Shown: positions 36,332 to 41,569 of the stretch, piece by piece
How the letters are laid out: each line of letters starts with the position of its first letter
How positions within the stretch are numbered: position 1 is the stretch's first letter
IMG/VR virus record: IMGVR_UViG_3300032212_000047
Location: 1 to 41,569 of that record
DNA: 41,569 nt
Source: a virus
Taxonomy: Duplodnaviria > Caudoviricetes
Direction: 5' to 3' (one strand)
Made by a program: the position numbers and the translations under genes
The notes under the pieces: model-generated
The model's input: the letters and a program-made list of their open reading frames with translations, nothing else
The model's database searches: none
What the model was told of the DNA's origin: nothing

Positions 36332-36820
36332 TTAAGTCCAAACTTTAGATAAATCGTCACAATTTTTTATTTCATTTATCTTTTCTTTGTACCTATCAAT
36401 ATCACGAACAGCTTGCCTTCTCTCAAAAATAGCATCTTCTAGTTTCCTCTCTGCTTCCATCAGCATTGCTTTCCCGCTTAATTTAGCTAGCTTTTTCACA
36501 TAAACATTATCTCGTGTACTGTTCGGATGATTTAAGTTAATGATGTCTTTTGAATCGTAATATTCAGGTTTTCTTGTTTTTATTAAATCTCTTTCATTAG
36601 CCAAGAATGTTAAATCTAGCTCTTTACTCGCCGCATCTAATGTCCAACTTCTGTTTTCAGTGCCCTGCCAGTAAGTATCGACAAAGTGCTCGCCATTAAA
36701 TCTAAAAATCCTAGACATACACCAATATAAGGTTCCTGCTTTAACTTTATGCTCCCTTTTTTTGTATTCCTTATCGTTAAAGCTCCATCTAAACAAATCA
36801 CCTTCTTGTGGTTTACGCAT
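36332..36820 (-). CDS. hypothetical protein
   Basis: GAGG RBS; 162 aa; C-terminal coiled coil. Confidence 0.7.
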   Translation of the reverse strand: MRKPQEGDLFRWSFNDKEYKKREHKVKAGTLYWCMSRIFRFNGEHFVDTYWQGTENRSWTLDAASKELDLTFLANERDLIKTRKPEYYDSKDIINLNHPNSTRDNVYVKKLAKLSGKAMLMEAERKLEDAIFERRQAVRDIDRYKEKINEIKNCDDLSKVWT

Positions 36821-37154
36821 GACTCTTACCTCTACTTAATGGGTGGGGTAGCCTGTTATCACTCGCCTCACAGGTTAGGCCGACTTGTACAGTCTTTGTT
36901 CGTATCCCGTAGCTATTGTTAAATTGCCCTGATACCAGAGGTCGGAGCCAACCTTTTTTATGGCGTGGTATCTAGCCAGCTTTCATCCAAGCTCGGTATT
37001 TCTATCTCTCTTATATTTTTTAAATTTCGGCATTGGCGGTGGCGTTTCTACCGCACCATTAATCTGCTACTCTCTCCCAGCCTTGCGGAGTCATTTCTTT
37101 TTGTCGGTTAATACGAAATAAGCCAACAGGAAATAATAGTGCTTCATGTCTAAT

Positions 37155-37269
37155 TGGGTGGGGCATGGAGGCGTTTGCCTCTCGCTATTACACAAGCGAC
37201 TAACATTCACGCAGTTAGCCTTGTAGGGTGATTCACCGCTTCGCAAGTACAATGTAATTTCATGCCCCA
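37155..37269 (-). ncRNA. candidate cloverleaf-like structured RNA
   Basis: 9-bp closing stem enclosing four hairpins; 3' end ...CCCCACCCA. Confidence 0.4.
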
Positions 37270-37410
37270 TAAACTGTTACCTTCGTTTAAATAATTAAGC
37301 ATGGCTTTATGCATGTGTTCCGATGCCATTTCCATGCCTTCTACACAAATTTGCAAAGCGTTTAAATCTTTATCTTCGCTTATTAATTCAATCTCTATTT
37401 TGTCTTTCAT
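37207..37410 (-). CDS. hypothetical protein; its 3' third overlaps the structured element
   Basis: Overlaps the end of the methyltransferase gene; AGGT RBS. Confidence 0.45.
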   Translation of the reverse strand: MKDKIEIELISEDKDLNALQICVEGMEMASEHMHKAMLNYLNEGNSLWGMKLHCTCEAVNHPTRLTA

Positions 37411-38899
37411 TACCTAATCTATCTTTAAAACCGTTATGAGTGTGCATTTTTTGCTGGTAAAGATTTGCTTGAACTAATGCTTTTGCAATTACCGGGCTAA
37501 CACTGTTTCCGCACATACGAACCTGCGCGGCTTTTGATAGTTTTCTTCCTGTTGATGGATTGACTAAGTCAATTATGTATTCGTTCGGAAAGCCTTGCGC
37601 ACGATAAAGTTCACGCGGGGCCAGCATACGCATACCGATATCAATTATTCTATAATCTTGACCGGCTACCGCAACCAGTCCAAAACGGTCGCGTGATGTA
37701 ACTGTATGCATAGGATCGTTAAGTATTGGGGCCTGATCGGTTCCATAATATTTTACTAAGAATGCGCGCAATTCACCAAAATGCAGGCCACCAGAAGTAA
37801 TTGTGTGCATAGGTTTATTTAATTCTTGACCGTGAGTGTTATTTCTTAATTTCAATAAGTTGCTGGTTACAAGTGAATGGTGATCAACTGAAGTAATGGT
37901 TCCGATAGGCTGCTTAACGCCATGACCAGTTACACCGCTATAGTGCTTAGCTAAAAATGCTGAAACCAATGCAAAATGACCGCCTTTAGTTTGCGCGCAA
38001 ATAGTACGAAGCGGCTCGTTTATTGGCATATTACGCTGTACCGAACTGTTTGAATGTTCAGTAATAAAGTTTGGTATTATGAATGGTTTTTTAGTATCGA
38101 GCACATAACGTTGAACACCTTTTGCAATTCGTTTTAATGTATTTTCAGCTAACGGTCTGCGTACACCAACTTGTTTTGCTTTATCTTTATTTAAAAAAAT
38201 TGAATGGCAAGGTAACGTCCAGTCAATGCAATCTGCTGCAGTATTAAGTGGCTGTAAATATTTTTTATCTCCATGCGTTGGTGCTGGCCAAACAATTGGT
38301 AGATTATCGCAGCGCGCAATTAAAAATAATCGTTTCCGTATAGTGGGTGCGCCATAATCACAAGCTTTCAGTTCTTTCCATTCTACCTGGTAACCAAGTT
38401 TTTTAAATTCATTTACAAAGCGTCTAAAAGTTAAACCTTTGCTATTAGGGCAGGGTTTATTGTTATCAAGTAATGGCCCCCATGTTTGAAACTCTTCAAC
38501 GTTTTCCAACATAATTACTCGAGGCTTAACAAGTGACGCCCATTTAATGGCTACCCATGCAAGGCTTCGGATTTTTTTATTAACGGGCTTGCCGCCTTTT
38601 GCTTTGGAGAAGTGCTTACAATCAGGGCTGAACCACGCGAGTGCAACGGGTTTACCATGGCATATTTCAACCGGATCGACTTCAAAAACATCAGATACAT
38701 AATGTTTTGTTTCGGGATGATTGGCCTCATGCATAGCAATGGCTTCCGGGTCGTGATTTATTGCTATATCAACTGATCGCCCCATAGCTTGCTCTATTCC
38801 CATGCTAGCACCGCCTCCGCCGGCAAAATTATCAACAATAATTTCATCGTCCAATGCTAATCGTAATTGTGGTGGACGCTGCCATTCAAATGGTTTCAT
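37388..38899 (-). CDS. C5 cytosine DNA methyltransferase (orphan)
   Basis: DNFAGGGG, SPDC, ENV, R.RLF and CGNSV motifs. Start moved to ATG 38899, which is coupled to the upstream ORF. Confidence 0.95.
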   Translation of the reverse strand: MKPFEWQRPPQLRLALDDEIIVDNFAGGGGASMGIEQAMGRSVDIAINHDPEAIAMHEANHPETKHYVSDVFEVDPVEICHGKPVALAWFSPDCKHFSKAKGGKPVNKKIRSLAWVAIKWASLVKPRVIMLENVEEFQTWGPLLDNNKPCPNSKGLTFRRFVNEFKKLGYQVEWKELKACDYGAPTIRKRLFLIARCDNLPIVWPAPTHGDKKYLQPLNTAADCIDWTLPCHSIFLNKDKAKQVGVRRPLAENTLKRIAKGVQRYVLDTKKPFIIPNFITEHSNSSVQRNMPINEPLRTICAQTKGGHFALVSAFLAKHYSGVTGHGVKQPIGTITSVDHHSLVTSNLLKLRNNTHGQELNKPMHTITSGGLHFGELRAFLVKYYGTDQAPILNDPMHTVTSRDRFGLVAVAGQDYRIIDIGMRMLAPRELYRAQGFPNEYIIDLVNPSTGRKLSKAAQVRMCGNSVSPVIAKALVQANLYQQKMHTHNGFKDRLGNERQNRD

Positions 38900-39036
38900 A
38901 AAACCCTGCTTAAAATTAATCCAATACCGCAACAAATTAAAAATATAGAAAACACATCATGCTTTTTTGCGTACTTATAAGTGAACAGGTAAGACCCAAG
39001 CCCTAATGTCGTTAAGATGATGCCTAGTAAAATCAT
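38896..39036 (-). CDS. small two-TM protein (46 aa)
   Basis: AAGGA RBS; ATGA overlap with the methyltransferase gene. Confidence 0.55.
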   Translation of the reverse strand: MILLGIILTTLGLGSYLFTYKYAKKHDVFSIFLICCGIGLILSRVL

Positions 39037-39068
39037 ATCTATCCTTTAAGAAAAACTATTTTTACTTT

Positions 39069-39094
39069 AAAAAAGGCTAGGCCGTAACCTAGCC
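39069..39094 (-). terminator. intrinsic terminator
   Basis: GGCTAGG/CCTAGCC stem followed by U6 on the minus strand. Confidence 0.8.
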
Positions 39095-39108
39095 AATGAG
39101 GGAGGTCA

Positions 39109-39798
39109 TTAGGCTGCGAAGCTTATTGCTTTGTAAATTTCTCTCGTTCGGATTACATCGCTATCGCAATATTCAGAAATTTCCTTGTACCTTCCTTCCT
39201 TCCAATAGTCGTAGACTTGAGAGCCGTCCATACCGTTCTTGCCTTCAATGTTTAGTGCTTTACAAACAAAGTCCATTGATGATTTATCTTTACCGCTTGT
39301 ACCTTTCCACTCTATACAGGTATCGTAAACTTCTTTATCCCAAGGCTTCGCGCCATACGGAATCTTAACGGCTGGCTTTATACGATTTATGACAAATCGT
39401 TTCCATAAAAACCTTAAATCAAATCCTGTTATATAATGGCCTATCCATGTGGCTTGCTGTTGACTATCGTAATTTCCATGTTTACTAAAAAACATCACTT
39501 TAAATATTTCATTTATAGCCTCTAACAAGTCGTATTCAGTAGACTCATTAGTTCGGTATGCGTTATATATTTTTCCGTCATCGACCGCGCAACTAAAAGC
39601 AATAATTTCACCCATCCCGCCGTCAAAAACAGATTCGCTGACAGCTTTTTCAATTAGCGCGGGTTTCTTATCTTCTTCCCATGCTTTTAAAGTCTCAGCT
39701 TTTTTAATGTTTGCAGGGGGGGTGATAGTGACTGCAAAATCATCTATAAAATCTTGTCTTTGGGTCTGGATTGTTTCAATGTCAAAATAAAAATTCAT
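39109..39798 (-). CDS. DEDDy 3'-5' exonuclease (PolB-exo-like)
   Basis: FDIET, GHYITGFD and EYC.SDV motifs. Confidence 0.9.
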   Translation of the reverse strand: MNFYFDIETIQTQRQDFIDDFAVTITPPANIKKAETLKAWEEDKKPALIEKAVSESVFDGGMGEIIAFSCAVDDGKIYNAYRTNESTEYDLLEAINEIFKVMFFSKHGNYDSQQQATWIGHYITGFDLRFLWKRFVINRIKPAVKIPYGAKPWDKEVYDTCIEWKGTSGKDKSSMDFVCKALNIEGKNGMDGSQVYDYWKEGRYKEISEYCDSDVIRTREIYKAISFAA

Positions 39799-39806
39799 AA
39801 ATCCTC

Positions 39807-40085
39807 CTAAATAAAGTATTCAAGCCCTAAAGAGCTGAAAGGTATATCATCGTCAAAGTCACCAGAAGGTTGTGGTGATGGTGCGGTGTTTTGATTCTTT
39901 GGCGCATACAGGTTATAGAAATTAATCATTGAGCCGTCATCTTTCATTGCTAATGGCATAATCGTTTTAAGGTAAAACTTACCTTCTTTTTCAATGACCA
40001 TGCCGACATTCTGATACCTGAGTTTCTTTTGTCCTTCTTTTTCATATTCACCCGTAATGGCTACTACATCGTATTTCTTTGGCAT
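39807..40085 (-). CDS. single-stranded DNA-binding protein-like
   Basis: DFDDDIPF acidic tail; located next to the recombinase. Confidence 0.7.
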   Translation of the reverse strand: MPKKYDVVAITGEYEKEGQKKLRYQNVGMVIEKEGKFYLKTIMPLAMKDDGSMINFYNLYAPKNQNTAPSPQPSGDFDDDIPFSSLGLEYFI

Positions 40086-40094
40086 CTGTATCTC

Positions 40095-40592
40095 CTATGC
40101 TGCTTGTTTCTTGTTTAAAATATCCTGGTATCCTGCTGGAGTTGCCCACAAGGGCAGGTTAGGGGTCTGGAATTTTCCATATTGATCTAAATCAACCCAC
40201 CCACTCTTAATAGAGTAAAGATAACGGCCAATACCAAACTTAACCGCCGCACGTTTAAAGGCATCACTGATTGCGCCTTTCTCGCCTTCCGTTCCCGTAT
40301 CTCCTGCACCGTCTGATTTTGTGATCCATTCCCCATCAATAAAACAGGAAAGCTCACAAATAACACGACCTGAATTTGTCTCGAAATATTTGTCCTGCCA
40401 TTTACCCTCTAACACTTCGTCAAGCCGTTGCATCACGTCCCTTGCATCTATATAAGCAAGAGGCATACCTTTAGTTGGCCTTGCATTTTGATTGTTTGTT
40501 TCGCGTTGTACTTTTTTCTTGTTTGTTGAGCCGACACGCCAGCTTACCTTGGCAACATCAAAAGGAGCTTTTAGTTTCTCTAAAGTATTCAT
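40095..40592 (-). CDS. Rad52/Sak-like single-strand annealing protein
   Basis: LAYIDARDVM.RLD, KSDG and KGAISDAFKRAAVKFGIGRYLY motifs. Confidence 0.92.
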   Translation of the reverse strand: MNTLEKLKAPFDVAKVSWRVGSTNKKKVQRETNNQNARPTKGMPLAYIDARDVMQRLDEVLEGKWQDKYFETNSGRVICELSCFIDGEWITKSDGAGDTGTEGEKGAISDAFKRAAVKFGIGRYLYSIKSGWVDLDQYGKFQTPNLPLWATPAGYQDILNKKQAA

Positions 40593-40786
40593 TTCATTCC
40601 CTCCAGGCTATCTATCTTTAAATCAACCCAATTATTAAAATCTTCAAACTCTTTACCGCCGAATTCTTTAATCATTACCTTGTTACCTAAAACATGCTTC
40701 AAGGCTTCATAGGCTGTCCATTTGACGCTTTCTTCCATGTTGTCGGGTTCATCCATTTGTTCAGTAATTTCATGCGCTGCTCTCAT
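40589..40786 (-). CDS. hypothetical protein
   Basis: GAGGAG RBS; ATGA coupling. Confidence 0.6.
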   Translation of the reverse strand: MRAAHEITEQMDEPDNMEESVKWTAYEALKHVLGNKVMIKEFGGKEFEDFNNWVDLKIDSLEGMK

Positions 40787-40871
40787 TTCAATCTCCTCAC
40801 TAATTTATCTTTTTTACCTAACCTTAAAACCCAATCAAAAAGCTTTTGAAGCCTTGACCGTTTCCAGTTTT

Positions 40872-41075
40872 TTAAATCTTGCATAGTCCTTGCTCTCTTT
40901 CCATTTTTTTGATTTGTTTGTTACTTCTTTGGCTTAGAAGGTCTTTAAACTTAAAATACGCATCAGTTTTTTTCTTCTTGCCTTGAGCGGTTTCAAATTT
41001 ATTCCATGCCTGATTAATCTTGGCTTCTAGTATCTCGTCAACATCGTCCAGGTATATGACTTTAGCTAAGCTCAT
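40872..41075 (-). CDS. hypothetical protein
   Basis: AGGGA RBS; helical; ends in QIKKMEREQGL. Confidence 0.6.
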   Translation of the reverse strand: MSLAKVIYLDDVDEILEAKINQAWNKFETAQGKKKKTDAYFKFKDLLSQRSNKQIKKMEREQGLCKI

Positions 41076-41144
41076 AATGTTTCCCTTAAAATAAAACCGA
41101 TCAATCCAATAATGAATATCATTAAGAGGTAATCCGTTATTAGC

Positions 41145-41569
41145 TCAATGGTTTTCATTTGCCACTTCAATAAATTCAGCTTTAGAGTCAAGCATGTACC
41201 ATGTGTCCGCTTTAATTCCATTATCACCAACCTTGCTAGATCTAATATGGATTAGCTCACCCTTGTCGTTTCGGTAGCAAAGAACAATTGCACTTGATTT
41301 AGAAGCTTTTGCTTTGCTTTCACACCCAATGGCTATAGCAACTGAATTTTTTCCTTGTACACTTGCTGCTGATTGATTACCCGTGTTACTTGCTGCTGAA
41401 TAATCACCCGTGTTACTTGCTGCTGAATAATCACCCGTGTTACTTGCTGCTGAATAATTACCCGTGTTACTTGCTGCTGATTGATTACCCGTGTTACTTG
41501 CTGCTGATTGATAACCCGTGTTACTTGCTGCTGATTGATTACCCGTGTTACTTGCTGCTGAATAATTAC
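41145..41569 (-). CDS. 3' part of the repeat protein starting at 1042
   Basis: ...SAASVQGKNSVAIAIGCESKAKAS...VGDNGIKADTWYML...; in frame across the junction. Confidence 0.9.
   Translation of the reverse strand, partial: NYSAASNTGNQSAASNTGYQSAASNTGNQSAASNTGNYSAASNTGDYSAASNTGDYSAASNTGNQSAASVQGKNSVAIAIGCESKAKASKSSAIVLCYRNDKGELIHIRSSKVGDNGIKADTWYMLDSKAEFIEVANENH
41361..41569. repeat. 27-bp tandem repeat, 7 full units plus a partial; last 81 nt identical to first 81 nt
   Basis: 41489-41569 is identical to 1-81. Confidence 0.97.

Noticed and set aside
37388-38899. Restriction-modification system
   Set aside because: No adjacent endonuclease; orphan C5 methyltransferases are common in temperate phages.
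41489-41569. 81-nt terminal repeat as a biological phage end
   Set aside because: It lies inside a coding tandem repeat and is most simply an assembly overlap. The HNH/P27-type terminase suggests cos ends near 12600-12700, which I cannot pinpoint.
1-41569. Diversity-generating retroelement, retron or invertible tail cassette
   Set aside because: I saw no reverse transcriptase or serine invertase, and the portal/TMP pair differs mostly at synonymous sites, not specifically at adenines.

Overview
The window appears to be a complete, circularly permuted ~41.5 kb temperate lambdoid siphophage with an HK97-type head, probably from a gammaproteobacterial host. The first and last 81 nt are identical and lie in a 27-bp coding tandem repeat, and an intact attP (3' half of tRNA-His) sits next to the integrase. 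Module order: immunity switch (cI/cro, PL/PR/PRM), O-like initiator with iterons, primase-helicase, nin-like genes, Q-like gene, putative head-fibre cassette, HNH/terminase/portal/protease/capsid, a six-gene glycosyltransferase/methyltransferase-like cassette, head-tail and tail genes, lysis, HigBA, attP/int/xis, and a leftward early operon (C5 methyltransferase, exonuclease, SSB, Sak-like recombinase). Most striking signals: (1) a probable -1 programmed frameshift (A AAA AAG with an internal Shine-Dalgarno 10 nt upstream) fusing the small post-capsid protein to a transferase-like domain that lacks its own start codon; (2) the transferase cassette plus recurring Ser-Pro loops in virion proteins, together suggesting a virion glycan-decoration system; (3) a 25-aa peptide shared by the portal and tape-measure C-termini (21/25 identical, many synonymous differences). 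All family calls come from motif recognition by eye, with no database search.
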